Virus record (IMG/VR): IMGVR_UViG_3300044677_000023
Coordinates: 1-40,782 of that record
Reading direction: 5' to 3' (one strand)
DNA: 40,782 bases
Origin: a virus
Lineage: Duplodnaviria; Caudoviricetes
Shown: one piece after another, positions 25,565 through 35,567 of the stretch
How the letters are laid out: each line of letters opens with the position of its first letter
Position numbering within the stretch: the stretch's first letter is position 1
Made by a program: the position numbers and the translations under genes
The notes under the pieces: generated by a model
What the model saw: the letters and a program-made list of their open reading frames with translations, nothing else
Told to the model about the DNA's origin: nothing
Databases searched by the model: none

Positions 25565-26575
25565 TCAAGCCGCCGGGTTGGAGTCGGACATCTTCCACTG
25601 GAACAGCGGATTGGTCATGGTCAACTCGCCCATGAACCCGATGTAATTGATCGACGCGTCCTGATTGATCGGCATCATGGCCTTGCCGATCTTGTTGAAA
25701 TTCCGCTCCGGGTGATAGCGCATCCGCAGATTGTCGGTATCCAACCCGTAGGTGGTATTCGCCGGCATGTTCGAACCAATGCCGCCGTCCTGGACAATCT
25801 CGACCGTGCGCCCGGCGCCGACATACATCAGCGACTGAAAACCGAGCTTGCCGAGCCGTGAGCCTTCCACGCGCTGAATCGGCGTGGTCGCCGCGTCATA
25901 GGCGCCGTAGTGTTCCGGCGACATCAACAGCAAGTCCGCCGCCGACTTGTTGCGGGATCGCTTCGTCAGAATGTAATTGAGAAACGGGCGGATAGTGTCC
26001 TTGGTGACCTGCGTTCCGATCGCGGTGTTACCGGTCTGAACGTCGAACGAGTAGGTTTGCCAGACGGCGTTTGACCGCGGAATGCCGCCGTAGGATCCTG
26101 AGTTGACCACGGTCGGCACCGCGAGCTGCAGGCCGCCGAGTTCTTTTCCGCCGAACCGCGTCCCGTTGCCGTGCAGCGAGATATCGACTTCGTCGACAAG
26201 TTCGCGCTCGCCGGCGTCGATATGCGCTTCCATCACATCATAGAGCTGGTTGGTGCCCATGTTGTTCAGGATTTCTTCGTTCGAAAGAACGACGGAGACC
26301 GCGCACATTTTCGGCCGGTACTCGGCATCGTTGAACAGTTCGGCCGGGATCGGATTCAGATTGTCATAGCCGTTGTACCAGACGGCCGATCCGGTCTTAG
26401 TGTAGAGCAGCGTTTCGCGGATCGCAGGGCCGGAATAGGGAACCCATTTACCCTTGTCCTTGAGCGTGGACAACAGGACGTTCGAATTTGAAACCAGGTC
26501 TTGATAGCCGGAGCTGCGATCCTCGAGCGCCAGCGAAAAGATTTCCTGATTTTTCTCCGTAGATGAAAGCGCCAT
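25565..26575 (-). CDS. Major capsid protein
   Basis: 336 aa after the scaffold; DLVSNSNVLL, YNGYDNL, HGNGT..GKELGGL and GELTMTNP features. Confidence 0.85.
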   Translation of the reverse strand: MALSSTEKNQEIFSLALEDRSSGYQDLVSNSNVLLSTLKDKGKWVPYSGPAIRETLLYTKTGSAVWYNGYDNLNPIPAELFNDAEYRPKMCAVSVVLSNEEILNNMGTNQLYDVMEAHIDAGERELVDEVDISLHGNGTRFGGKELGGLQLAVPTVVNSGSYGGIPRSNAVWQTYSFDVQTGNTAIGTQVTKDTIRPFLNYILTKRSRNKSAADLLLMSPEHYGAYDAATTPIQRVEGSRLGKLGFQSLMYVGAGRTVEIVQDGGIGSNMPANTTYGLDTDNLRMRYHPERNFNKIGKAMMPINQDASINYIGFMGELTMTNPLFQWKMSDSNPAA

Positions 26576-26601
26576 TGTGAAGCCTCTTTGAGAAAGCGGA
26601 A

Positions 26602-27813
26602 TTACACACGCGCAGAAGCGCGTCTAAGTGATTCCTTGATTGAGGTGGGGCGCGTCTGGTCAACCGGGTCTGAGCCGGAACCGTTTCGAGCGCCTGCGAT
26701 TGATCTTTGACCCTTGCCGGTCTGATCCGACGAGGCTTCCGCCGCGGCTGCTGAGGCCGCCAGCGTGGTATCGGTTGCCGGCGGTTTGCCCGCCGATAGT
26801 TCAGGAAACTTTGCCAGCGCCCCCTGATAGGCGTCGTCCAGTGTCGCGCCGTCGCGTACTGCCTCGGCAATGTGCGGCGCAAGCAATTCGAAGTGTAGCT
26901 TACCTGCCGACCATTTCGCTATATGATCGTGCAGTTCGCGCTGTTCCTGCTGTTGAAACGTCTGCGTCACGCCTCCGACCCGTTGCTCCAGGCGGGCAAC
27001 CGTCGCTTTCAATTCCCGAATTTCGCCGTCGGACTGTGCGGCGCGCTGGTCCGGCGCCTGCCCCATGACGACTTCCGCCACCTGCCGCAGCGAAAACCCC
27101 ATATTGCTACAAATCGCTTCCAGCCCTTTCAGCGGATTGGTGCGCAGCAAGTGTTCTGTGTTGACGTATTTCGTCAGCGCCGTTCGCAGATTGGTGCCGT
27201 TCTTCGACGCGAGTTCGTCGAAGTCTTTTACCGTGTCGTATTTCTGCGCGCCGACGCGATGCTTTTCGATACCGGCTTCCAGCTCACGCTGCATCCGGTG
27301 GACTTCGGCCTTGACCGGTTCCGGCGCGGTTTCCCATGCCGTCTTGGCATCGGGCGAGAAGCGTTCCGGCGCGGCGTGCTTGACCGCACCGGCCGCTTGG
27401 CCACCGGGCTTTGCGGCTGCAGCTGCGGCCGCCGCCTTGGCTTCTGGCGTTGTCGCAGCGGCCGCGGCAACGCGTGCCGCTTCTGCGGTATCCGCCGCCG
27501 TCGGCTGCTTGCCGTCCTTTGGCGCGAACTTGCCGCCCTCGCCTCGCGCCAGCGCCGCGCCCTTGCTCAAATCTTTCGGGTCGCCCGCCTTGTCGCCGGG
27601 CTTACTGCCATCGTCCGGATTTTCCTTGGCGACCTTCTCCGCTGCGGCCTTCAAGGCTTCGCGCGCAGTCGGCGGCGCTTTCGGTTCGACAACGTCACCT
27701 TTGCCGCCGCCCGTGGTGCTTTCGTTTGAAAGCGGCACCGGAATGGCAACGGCCGGTTCGATCGCGACTTGGCCGGCTGCTGGTGCCGCGGCTGCGGCTG
27801 CTACATCGCCCAT
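26602..27813 (-). CDS. Scaffolding protein
   Basis: Low-complexity N-terminus with RGEGGKFAPK, coiled coil, TLDDAY; directly upstream of the capsid gene. Confidence 0.75.
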   Translation of the reverse strand: MGDVAAAAAAPAAGQVAIEPAVAIPVPLSNESTTGGGKGDVVEPKAPPTAREALKAAAEKVAKENPDDGSKPGDKAGDPKDLSKGAALARGEGGKFAPKDGKQPTAADTAEAARVAAAAATTPEAKAAAAAAAAKPGGQAAGAVKHAAPERFSPDAKTAWETAPEPVKAEVHRMQRELEAGIEKHRVGAQKYDTVKDFDELASKNGTNLRTALTKYVNTEHLLRTNPLKGLEAICSNMGFSLRQVAEVVMGQAPDQRAAQSDGEIRELKATVARLEQRVGGVTQTFQQQEQRELHDHIAKWSAGKLHFELLAPHIAEAVRDGATLDDAYQGALAKFPELSAGKPPATDTTLAASAAAAEASSDQTGKGQRSIAGARNGSGSDPVDQTRPTSIKESLRRASARV

Positions 27814-27844
27814 GGTGTCTTTTCCCTGTCTGAGAGGTTGCGAA

Positions 27845-28498
27845 TTAAGTTCCGTCGTTCTGCCGGGAGAGGATGGCGCCGGCCGCGCCTGGTAGGAGCA
27901 CGCCGAGTCCACTGTTCTTTGCGATGAAGGCCCAATCTGCCGGCGTCATGTATTGGCTGCTCGGGGCCGCGGCCGGGGCCGCTTCCTCGAATCCACCGAT
28001 CGCGCGCGACTTGTCGGTTGCCCATTTCGCCTGCGTTCGTGCGAGCAGGTCATCCCATGAACCGCGCGGCGCATCAGGCTGCTTGAAGTCCCAGCCCTGC
28101 GCCGATTTGCCGGTTGCCATTCCCGCGGAGCGCCGCTGGTTCGCCAATTCCTTGAACAGATCGGCATTGCCAACCATCCGCATTCGGGCAAGGCCGCTGC
28201 CCAGCGCGTTTTCCGGAACGCCGCCGAGGCCGCCCGTCGCCATCAACCCGCCGAGCTCGGCCGCGCGGTTAATCACTTCCGGATTTGTCCGGCCGTCGTC
28301 GCCTGTCATCGAAACGTTGCCCTGGTACACGTCACCCGGCAACGTCGCGGCGCTCAGGATCGATCGGGCAATGCGCGCCGGCCACGTATCACCCAAACCG
28401 AACGACGCCTTGGCGGGAGGCGCAGCGGCTTGCGGCTGCTGATCGGGTGCCGCTGCGATCACGTCCATGATTGACCTGATCGCAGCCTCGTCTGCCAT
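27845..28498 (-). CDS. Hypothetical protein, 217 aa (possible packaged cargo)
   Basis: SAATLPGDVYQG N-terminal block, Gly-rich segment, hydrophobic C-terminus. Confidence 0.7.
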   Translation of the reverse strand: MADEAAIRSIMDVIAAAPDQQPQAAAPPAKASFGLGDTWPARIARSILSAATLPGDVYQGNVSMTGDDGRTNPEVINRAAELGGLMATGGLGGVPENALGSGLARMRMVGNADLFKELANQRRSAGMATGKSAQGWDFKQPDAPRGSWDDLLARTQAKWATDKSRAIGGFEEAAPAAAPSSQYMTPADWAFIAKNSGLGVLLPGAAGAILSRQNDGT

Positions 28499-28506
28499 GA
28501 AGCGCT

Positions 28507-28851
28507 CTACTTGCCCGGGAAAAGGTTGCGCTCGCCGCGTTCGACACGGACCTTGGCACGGTCGATCGTGGCCTTGATCTGCTTGCGGTCAATCTTCGGC
28601 TTGACCTTTCTCCGAAACCGCGCCGGATCGTTGCCAACCTCTGTCACGTCATTGGCGCGATAGGACGCGCGGATCGCGGACTTGCTGTCATACACCTTGC
28701 CGTCAACCTGCGATTCCACCGGGTCCATGGTGTCGCTAATCACCATGGGAAACGCCAGATCGGAACGTTTCGCCGGTCCGTGCAGGATCCTGCGCGGCGC
28801 TGGGATTTCCTTTGAAAAGTCGATGTTGGCGAAATTCTCTCGATATCCCAT
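28507..28851 (-). CDS. Conserved phage protein downstream of the portal
   Basis: PMVISDTMDP..DGKVYDSKSAIR..TEVGND. Confidence 0.75.
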   Translation of the reverse strand: MGYRENFANIDFSKEIPAPRRILHGPAKRSDLAFPMVISDTMDPVESQVDGKVYDSKSAIRASYRANDVTEVGNDPARFRRKVKPKIDRKQIKATIDRAKVRVERGERNLFPGK

Positions 28852-31148
28852 CAACCCGGCACTCCCGCGTGAGCGACGGCCTGCGCAGCGCCAACTATGC
28901 CGCGCGCCTGCAGCGCTGCAATCTCGAGCCCGCCCTTTTCCATTTCCTGGGCATGCCGCGCCGCATCGTCGGCGCGCTTCGCGTCGAGAATTTCAATCTG
29001 CTTATTGGTCAACGCGATCTTGCCGTCCCGTTCGATCTGCCGAGCCGCCATCGCGTCCGCTTCGCGCTGTTCCAAAATCTTGCGCTTGGTCGCATCGTTG
29101 GCGGCCTTGTTCTGCGCGTCGATCAGCTTCGCCTGCGCTTCCGCCTGGACGCGCTGCGATTCCGCCATGCGTTCGGCGTTGTCGGCTTGCTGTTTGGCCT
29201 GTTCGCCCTGTTGCTTCGCCTGCGCTTCCGCCAGTTTCGGATCGGGCGGCTTCGGCTGACCAGCGCGCGCGACCATGGCATCCGCGAATTGGTCGATAAT
29301 GCCTTCCATTTCGCGGCCGGTGCGGAATTGCCCTGTAACGTATTTCATCATCTGCGCCGCCACCGGCGCGGCTTCCGGCATGGTCTGCACCAAAGGCAAG
29401 GCTTCCTTCATGAAGCCGCCGAAAGCCGTCGTGTACTCGTTGGCGCGCTGCTTGTGCGCGTTTTCGTCCGGCGCGATCGTGCTGTCCGTTTCGATATCGA
29501 GGACAAACGGGCGGACCTTCTGTTCCCGCAGCATCTTCATCACGGCTTCAATGGTCGGCACCTTGCCAAGCTGTTCGATCTGCCCCTGCAGCTGCTGCGC
29601 CTGCCCCTGTACCTGCACCATGATCTGCTTTGCCTGGTCAGGGTTGGCCTTGACCATCTGCTGAATTTCGGGATCGGTCTGCGCGTTCCGCAGATCGGCC
29701 CGAACGTGATCCAGCTGTTGCTGCAGCGGCGCGATCTGCTTTTTAATCAGCGCGTCGGTCATCATGTCGAGTTGCGACATATCGAGCAGCGTTTCCTGCT
29801 TGAAGTTTTCGGCCATGATCTCGGCGGTGATCCGCGTAATATCGCGCGCCATCCGGACCATTTCGTCCTGCCGGTCGCGAATCCGGATTTGCCCGTATTG
29901 GCTCTTGAGGTTTTGCGCGCCAAGCGTTTCGCTGGCGGCCGTCTGGCCTCGCATGATGTCCGAAAGGCCGGTGATCTGATAAACGTCGTCGATCAGCTGC
30001 TTGCGGAGCGCCACAAGCCCGGTGACCGTCTTTGCGATCATGTCCAGCGGTAGCCACAGAACTAAATCCTTGGCACCGCCGCCACCCGAAAACGCCGCCG
30101 ACCAGTTGTTGATCGGTATCAGGATTTGATTGTCGTCGGTTCGCTTGATCGCTATTTCGATCGCGTCGCCGATATCGCCGGATGCTGCCGGGTAGAAGCC
30201 GCGGACGCGAAGCGCATCGGTCAGTGCCGATATGCGCGCGGTCAGCGAGTTGATTTCCTCGAGCTGGTCTTTGTAGAACAGCATGTCCGGAACGGGTATC
30301 AGCGTGCGGCGCTGCAGGGTCGAATAGGCCGGGCGCGGACACGGGAAAAAACCCTCCAGCGTCAAATGCGGCTCGCATTCGTCAAGCACCATGTCGCAGC
30401 CCGGCGAAACCCAAACCACCTTGTTGCGTGACTTCGACCACAGTTCCCAAACGCCGGCTTTCATCCCGCCCTGGTCGTCGTCATCGTCCTTTCGCTTGGT
30501 GTAGGTACAATCCTTATAGGCATCACCGGAATACTGCTTGAAGCGCCCGCGCATATCCTTCTTCGCAAGCCAAGAGCGCTTCGCGACCCAATCGACCTCT
30601 TTCCATTTCTGCGCGGGATCGTGCGCAAAATCCTTGCGGTCCGCATGGTCAATGCAAACGCGTTCCGTGATCTTGGCGCCCTTGCCGCTGGTCTCGTATC
30701 GCAGCCACGCCACGCCACGCGCCGAAACCGTAATGTCATCGCGGATCGCCCGCATGACGGAATCGATATCTTCACGGTCGAACGCGACGTTGGTCGCACG
30801 CTCCAGCAGCTCGGCGCCGGCACGCGGTAGCGGCTTGCGATCCTTGAAGCGGGGAACGACAACCGAAACCGGCGGGCGCGAATAGATGGACGGCCCGAGG
30901 ACGGCGATATTCGCCCAAAACAGTTGAAATTCCGGGTCTTTTACATCGGCGGCCAACCGCTCCAGGTTGGCATATTGCTTGTCGATCCCGTCGCATTTGT
31001 CCTGGTAAAACTGGAAATATCGCTGACTGTCGGCGATCAGCGCCAGCCAATTGCGCGACGACTTCGGCTTGCCGGCCTCGGCGATGTCGTCGGCTGGCCC
31101 GGTTTCCGCGCCTTCCGTTTCATCGTCGTTGCGGTCGGTATCGATCAT
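28851..31148 (-). CDS. Portal protein (P22-like, with Gln-rich C-terminal barrel)
   Basis: About 765 aa after TerL; FFPCPRP, ITGLSDIMRG, ETLGAQNLK and coiled-coil C-terminus. Alternative start TTG at 31154. Confidence 0.85.
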   Translation of the reverse strand: MIDTDRNDDETEGAETGPADDIAEAGKPKSSRNWLALIADSQRYFQFYQDKCDGIDKQYANLERLAADVKDPEFQLFWANIAVLGPSIYSRPPVSVVVPRFKDRKPLPRAGAELLERATNVAFDREDIDSVMRAIRDDITVSARGVAWLRYETSGKGAKITERVCIDHADRKDFAHDPAQKWKEVDWVAKRSWLAKKDMRGRFKQYSGDAYKDCTYTKRKDDDDDQGGMKAGVWELWSKSRNKVVWVSPGCDMVLDECEPHLTLEGFFPCPRPAYSTLQRRTLIPVPDMLFYKDQLEEINSLTARISALTDALRVRGFYPAASGDIGDAIEIAIKRTDDNQILIPINNWSAAFSGGGGAKDLVLWLPLDMIAKTVTGLVALRKQLIDDVYQITGLSDIMRGQTAASETLGAQNLKSQYGQIRIRDRQDEMVRMARDITRITAEIMAENFKQETLLDMSQLDMMTDALIKKQIAPLQQQLDHVRADLRNAQTDPEIQQMVKANPDQAKQIMVQVQGQAQQLQGQIEQLGKVPTIEAVMKMLREQKVRPFVLDIETDSTIAPDENAHKQRANEYTTAFGGFMKEALPLVQTMPEAAPVAAQMMKYVTGQFRTGREMEGIIDQFADAMVARAGQPKPPDPKLAEAQAKQQGEQAKQQADNAERMAESQRVQAEAQAKLIDAQNKAANDATKRKILEQREADAMAARQIERDGKIALTNKQIEILDAKRADDAARHAQEMEKGGLEIAALQARGIVGAAQAVAHAGVPG

Positions 31149-31150
31149 GC

Positions 31151-32515
31151 TCAAACCCTGATTTTGACGCCGCTGCGCGGTGCGGGCGGGCCCGGCAAGG
31201 TCACTTGCCCAGGCAAAAGAATTTTCTTCGGCTCAACGATAATGATCGGCGCGTTTTTCCAGGAGAGCGCCAGATACCGCAGCGCGTCGGCTAGGTGGCA
31301 GGTCCAGTCGTGAACCTCGCTCGCCTTGAACGCCTTTTTGTCGTCGTCCCATTCCCGCCGATACTGTTCGACCGCGGGTATTCCGACTTCTTCGCAACGC
31401 GGATGGAAAACAGCTGTCTTGAGCGTCGTCCGGACCGCTTGAATGCCGTCCATCTTGCCGGCAAGCGGAACCAGCTGCGGATTGAGGCCGTGCGCCTGCA
31501 TCTGCTCGACGCGTGTCCGGCCGGTGCCCCATTCCTTGACCTTGGCATCGTGCGGGACAAAATCGATACCGGGCGCGTAGCCCTTGCCGTGAACAATCTC
31601 CGCGTAGTGGTCGACGCCGCAGCCTGAATTTGTGTAGCAGTCGATCAGGTACGGAACGCCGGCAACAACCTGAAACCACCAGACGCTCGTGTCGTCGCGG
31701 ACGCCGATGTCCCAAGCGCGATGCACGGGCTGGCCGGGGATCGGTTCAAACTCCCGAATCCGCCCCGAGTTGCGGACCTTGAGCATTTCGCGCGCATAAA
31801 ACGTGCCCATGATCGCGGTATTGAACGAGCAAAGATATTCTTGCTCGAAAAGCGCGTTGCCAAGATCTTCACCGTAGAGGGCGATATATTCCGCCAGCGC
31901 CTCGGCGATCTCCTCTGCCGATAGCGCGCCCGTCGCCGTGATGCTGCTCAGTTCGGAAAACCAGCGCTGCGGATTGCGCTGCGCGTGGTCGAACATCGTT
32001 TTGGCGTGGTTGCGACCGAATGGCGTCGTGATGAATGCCGCCCAGCCGTTGTTTTCCTCCAACATCGGCCGGTGATATGCCCACGCTGCAGGGTTCGCGC
32101 GGCTCCACTCCGAATACACGATACCGGCGACGCCGGCGCCGACCGTCGCATTGTAGCGATCGGAGCCGATAATCTGCCACGTTGACCCGCACTTAAGGCG
32201 GATGAACATTTCGTTTTCGTTGACGCTCTGCCTGATGCCGGGCGGGAACGCCTCGTCTATCCTCCTTTTTCCGGTGTGTGCGTTAACGGCTGTCCAGAGC
32301 GCTTTGCGGCCCTGCTCGAATTCCGGAAGGCAATGCCAATATGACGCAACGCGCTGATGCGCGAGCTCGCAAGTCGCCTGGAGCGCTATTTCGTCTTTGC
32401 CCCATCGCCTATGGGCAATCTCGATTGCGCGCTTGCCACCGTCGACCAGATATTCATGGAACGCCCGCTGATAGGATCTAACCCGGCGTTCAATTACCTT
32501 TGGGGTCTGATTCAT
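31151..32515 (-). CDS. terL: Terminase large subunit
   Basis: HRRWGKD Walker A, VYSEW, ITTPFG, QEYLCSF, WDIG..D and HLADALRY. Confidence 0.93.
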   Translation of the reverse strand: MNQTPKVIERRVRSYQRAFHEYLVDGGKRAIEIAHRRWGKDEIALQATCELAHQRVASYWHCLPEFEQGRKALWTAVNAHTGKRRIDEAFPPGIRQSVNENEMFIRLKCGSTWQIIGSDRYNATVGAGVAGIVYSEWSRANPAAWAYHRPMLEENNGWAAFITTPFGRNHAKTMFDHAQRNPQRWFSELSSITATGALSAEEIAEALAEYIALYGEDLGNALFEQEYLCSFNTAIMGTFYAREMLKVRNSGRIREFEPIPGQPVHRAWDIGVRDDTSVWWFQVVAGVPYLIDCYTNSGCGVDHYAEIVHGKGYAPGIDFVPHDAKVKEWGTGRTRVEQMQAHGLNPQLVPLAGKMDGIQAVRTTLKTAVFHPRCEEVGIPAVEQYRREWDDDKKAFKASEVHDWTCHLADALRYLALSWKNAPIIIVEPKKILLPGQVTLPGPPAPRSGVKIRV

Positions 32516-32807
32516 AGACCGTCTGGAAGATCACGTTGCCCGCGCTGTCCGGATCGACCGCGATCTGAAGCGGCAACACCCTGCCGAGCAGCGACGCGAA
32601 AGACTTCGGCTCGTTCCAAGCAAGATATTTCAGGTAACCGACAAGCTGGCCGCGGCCCTTGTTGTTGTTCCCGACCGCCTCCGCGGCATGGATAATCGCC
32701 TCTTTCAAAAGCGCGGTTGTCTTGTTCGGCGTGCCCTTGACGCGTCCCTTGCCGGCGTTCGGCGGTTTGGCTGTCTTTCCCGGTGCGGACGCTGCTTTGG
32801 CATTCAT
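32490..32807 (-). CDS. terS: Terminase small subunit
   Basis: GKGRVKGTPNKTT...FASLLGRVLPLQI; overlaps the TerL start. Confidence 0.75.
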   Translation of the reverse strand: MNAKAASAPGKTAKPPNAGKGRVKGTPNKTTALLKEAIIHAAEAVGNNNKGRGQLVGYLKYLAWNEPKSFASLLGRVLPLQIAVDPDSAGNVIFQTVYESDPKGN

Positions 32808-32846
32808 GGCTTTGGTCCCCGGGGTCTGAGCCCGAGGATCCTCTGG

Positions 32847-33398
32847 TTATTCGAAAGTCGGGACGGTCCAGTCGTTGATATCGGTATTGGTCAGTTCTTC
32901 GATCGACACACCTGCGCGCGCGACGCTGCGATTGATCTCAGCTGCGCGGCTGCTGAAAACCGTGAATTTCTTTATCGTGGCCTTGTCGGCGGCCGTGCGC
33001 TTGTTGACCGGTTTAAGCGCCGCGTCGCCGTATTCCATGCTCAGCAGCCGCGCGCGGGCCGGTGACAGCAGCTTGTCGATCGCCGCCTGCCCGGCCGCGT
33101 TCAATTCGATCAGCAGCACTTGCTTGCGCTCTGCCAATGTCGGCGGAGCGGGGGGCGGCGGGGTATCGTCGACGATCTCATATGGCGCGATCTCGAAACG
33201 ATCGGGCCCGCGATCTTCGACCGGTCCTGGTTCCGGCACGCGCTGGATAAGTCGGTCCAGGAGCTCATTAGCAATCGGCGCTGGCTGATCCGGCTCGCCC
33301 AAGCGATGGTCGGAAAGCGCGGTCCGGTGCGCATCGAGCGCAGCGCGGAATGCTTCCGGAGATTCGAACTGGCTTAACCGGACCTGGATCTTATCCAT
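32847..33398 (-). CDS. Hypothetical protein (tail-fibre-chaperone-like features)
   Basis: TGATG coupling to the upstream gene; PPPPAPPTLAERK followed by a helical domain. Confidence 0.65.
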   Translation of the reverse strand: MDKIQVRLSQFESPEAFRAALDAHRTALSDHRLGEPDQPAPIANELLDRLIQRVPEPGPVEDRGPDRFEIAPYEIVDDTPPPPAPPTLAERKQVLLIELNAAGQAAIDKLLSPARARLLSMEYGDAALKPVNKRTAADKATIKKFTVFSSRAAEINRSVARAGVSIEELTNTDINDWTVPTFE

Positions 33399-33691
33399 CA
33401 GCAGTCCAGCAACGCCAACGCGGTATTCAAGCCCTCGACTGCGCCGTCCAGGTCGCCGAGGGCGCTCTGCAGGGTGGGCGCTTGCCCCGGCTTGCCGTTG
33501 TTGCGTTCGGCTTCGCTGATCCCGCCAGCAACGCCAGCGGGTGTTAGATATCCGAGCATGAATGTGTGCCCTGCCACGCGAGAGGCTGCGGCGTTTACGG
33601 CGTCCCGGGTACTCAAAATTCGCTCGATATCACCGCGGAGCCTGATAGAGGTGCCGGCTTGCGCGCACTGCAATGACGACGTGTCGGGCAT
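33398..33691 (-). CDS. Hypothetical protein, 97 aa
   Basis: GGAG SD, ATG at 33691 (MPDTSSLQ). Confidence 0.6.
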   Translation of the reverse strand: MPDTSSLQCAQAGTSIRLRGDIERILSTRDAVNAAASRVAGHTFMLGYLTPAGVAGGISEAERNNGKPGQAPTLQSALGDLDGAVEGLNTALALLDC

Positions 33692-33707
33692 TTGATCGCT
33701 CCATGAA

Positions 33708-33806
33708 CGACAAAGCCCGCCGCGGCGATGTGCCGGGCGGGCTAGTTTCTCCGTTGGGACTTCCAACTATCACCAGCCTGTCAACCATCTGCCCCCAAAA
33801 GTCAAG
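33708..33806 (-). promoter_or_regulatory. Candidate late promoter followed by a terminator (pR'/tR'-like)
   Basis: TTGACT and TTGACA hexamers on the - strand near 33779-33805, then hairpin AGCCCGCC..GGCGGGCT plus TTGT (33743-33710). Confidence 0.55.
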
Positions 33807-34752
33807 AGGCCGCACCCTTTTCAGTTAACGGATATCTGACCGGTCCTACCCTTTCCGATCTCAGCGGCGGGCCCTTGCGGTCGCGCAACGGTGCGAGCGG
33901 TAGCGTCCCCCATGCACTGACATTATTGCCTGCTGCCGGCATTACCGGCTTCAGCCCGGCAATGGCTTCGACGGAGTCGCGCCACGGCGTTAACGATGCT
34001 TTCGGTGGCAATGGTGCGAACTTTTCGAGTCGGAGCGTCCGCGCCAGCGTGGCCAGGCCGTGATGCCATGCGACATAGTCGGCGCGGCTTGAAAGGATTG
34101 ATATCGGCGAAGGCGTCCACCGCAGCGGGCAATAGGCGCCGAGGCTGTAGAGGTTCTTTCCCTTGCACTCCCCGAAGATAGCGGCATTCGTGCCCTTGCG
34201 CGCCGGCGTCGGAAACGGTCGCGGTGATTCTTCGATCCAGTCCGGCCGCGTGCCCTTGACGGCGTGCATCGTTACCAACGCAGCTGTGCGAATGCCGCCG
34301 ACCAACAGCACATCACGCGGACTGTCTCGTTCAACATATGGCGCCGCGCCGTCCTTGTACCAGGCTTGTATCGCTCGAGCGCCGCGCAGGCCCCAGCTCG
34401 CTTTCGGCTTCCGTACGGGCGCGGTATTTCGTCGCGCCACATCGTTGACCGATACCAGGCCGGCCAGTTCGGCCGCGATGGCTTCGAAGCTCCGATCCCA
34501 ATCGATCACAAGATCCTCGAGACTGCTCGCGGCCTTTTCGATCAGCAGGGCGTCGGGGTCTGGCAATCCGATATAGGCGTAGCGCTGCGCGCCGCCGCTA
34601 TGGCCGCGGTCGATCTCCATCCCGCCGCGTTGGCCTTGCTCGGCCATCTGGTCCCATAGCCCTTCGGCCGCCGACGTTTGCCGCTTCGACAATTCGTCGC
34701 GGTACGCCCACAGCAGCAGCGTCTCGATATCGATCGGCGTCTTTTCTCGCAC
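33802..34752 (-). CDS. Hypothetical protein in the late-regulator (Q-like) position
   Basis: IDIETLLLWAYRDELSK, PDPDALLI, RPDW and RADYVAW; last gene before the late promoter candidate. Confidence 0.65.
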   Translation of the reverse strand: MREKTPIDIETLLLWAYRDELSKRQTSAAEGLWDQMAEQGQRGGMEIDRGHSGGAQRYAYIGLPDPDALLIEKAASSLEDLVIDWDRSFEAIAAELAGLVSVNDVARRNTAPVRKPKASWGLRGARAIQAWYKDGAAPYVERDSPRDVLLVGGIRTAALVTMHAVKGTRPDWIEESPRPFPTPARKGTNAAIFGECKGKNLYSLGAYCPLRWTPSPISILSSRADYVAWHHGLATLARTLRLEKFAPLPPKASLTPWRDSVEAIAGLKPVMPAAGNNVSAWGTLPLAPLRDRKGPPLRSERVGPVRYPLTEKGAAS

Positions 34753-34789
34753 TTGCCCCGCCTTATGCTTCTGGTTGGTTTGCCGGTTT

Positions 34790-35317
34790 CTACAATGCGC
34801 GTGGTGATCCGGCTTCCGCCTGGTCGAATGTCATTTCGTGTTGCTGGCAATAGCGGGCGAAGGCGCCGCGATGCAGTTGGGATAACCTGGGCGGTCTACC
34901 GGTGCGGCTGCAGTTCGCCGGCTTGCCGCAGCATGACCAGCCCTGCGCGTCCGCGACGCCGCACGGCACCACGGCCGCCGAGGGGTGAACAGGTGCGCTC
35001 GTGTGCGCCTTTGTTCGCGGCCGGTGCGCTATGGTCGCCAGTGCGGCGTCTGTACGATCGGCGTCGGCGACCGCTTCTATTGCCGCGCCCGTTTTCCGCC
35101 ACTCCTGAAACAGCGGGAACGAGCTCCACAGCGCAGCCGGTATCACGAACGGCGTTGCGCCTGGTCTGCGGGCCATCACGTAACCTTTCGCGCTCGCAAG
35201 GTACGTGATCCGGCTCAAATGCGGTTCGGCGCCGACGTTGTTGTGTCCGAACCGATCCCGTCGAAAATCCTTGTCGAGGGCGACGCCGGCAGCCGGTGGT
35301 GACGCTTTGCGCTTCAT
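34790..35317 (-). CDS. Hypothetical protein, 175 aa
   Basis: GAGG SD, ATG at 35317; KGYVMARRPGATPFV and a Cys/His C-terminus. Confidence 0.55.
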   Translation of the reverse strand: MKRKASPPAAGVALDKDFRRDRFGHNNVGAEPHLSRITYLASAKGYVMARRPGATPFVIPAALWSSFPLFQEWRKTGAAIEAVADADRTDAALATIAHRPRTKAHTSAPVHPSAAVVPCGVADAQGWSCCGKPANCSRTGRPPRLSQLHRGAFARYCQQHEMTFDQAEAGSPRAL

Positions 35318-35440
35318 GATCCAACCTCGCAGCAGTTGCCACTACTTTGCTGGCGGCGAACATGCGAGACCGGCATTCTATCGCGCTGGTTTTTAATACA
35401 CCGTGAAATGTCACTCACGCGCGCTTGAAGGCGCGCCGCA

Positions 35441-35540
35441 ATGACGGGATGACGGGTCATGACGGGTTTCCAGTATTGGTTTGATTGTGCGCGCATACAT
35501 GGGTCAAATAGGAAAACCCGTCATAATGTGTCACCCGTCA
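35441..35540. repeat. Iteron array, putative replication origin
   Basis: ATGACGGG at 35441, 35449 and 35459, facing CCCGTCA(T) at 35517 and 35534 across an AT-richer spacer; downstream of the D5 helicase. Confidence 0.75.
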
Positions 35541-35567
35541 CGATCTCGGGCGGCATTGCCCTTGTCG

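Noticed and set aside
28812-30053. Long + strand ORFs opposite structural genes (also 3730-4569, 17845-18825, 26923-27895)
   Set aside because: Antisense shadows expected in GC-rich coding DNA; no motifs.
35441-35540. CRISPR-like array
   Set aside because: Repeats are 7-11 bp, in both orientations, with no spacers or cas genes; they fit iterons.
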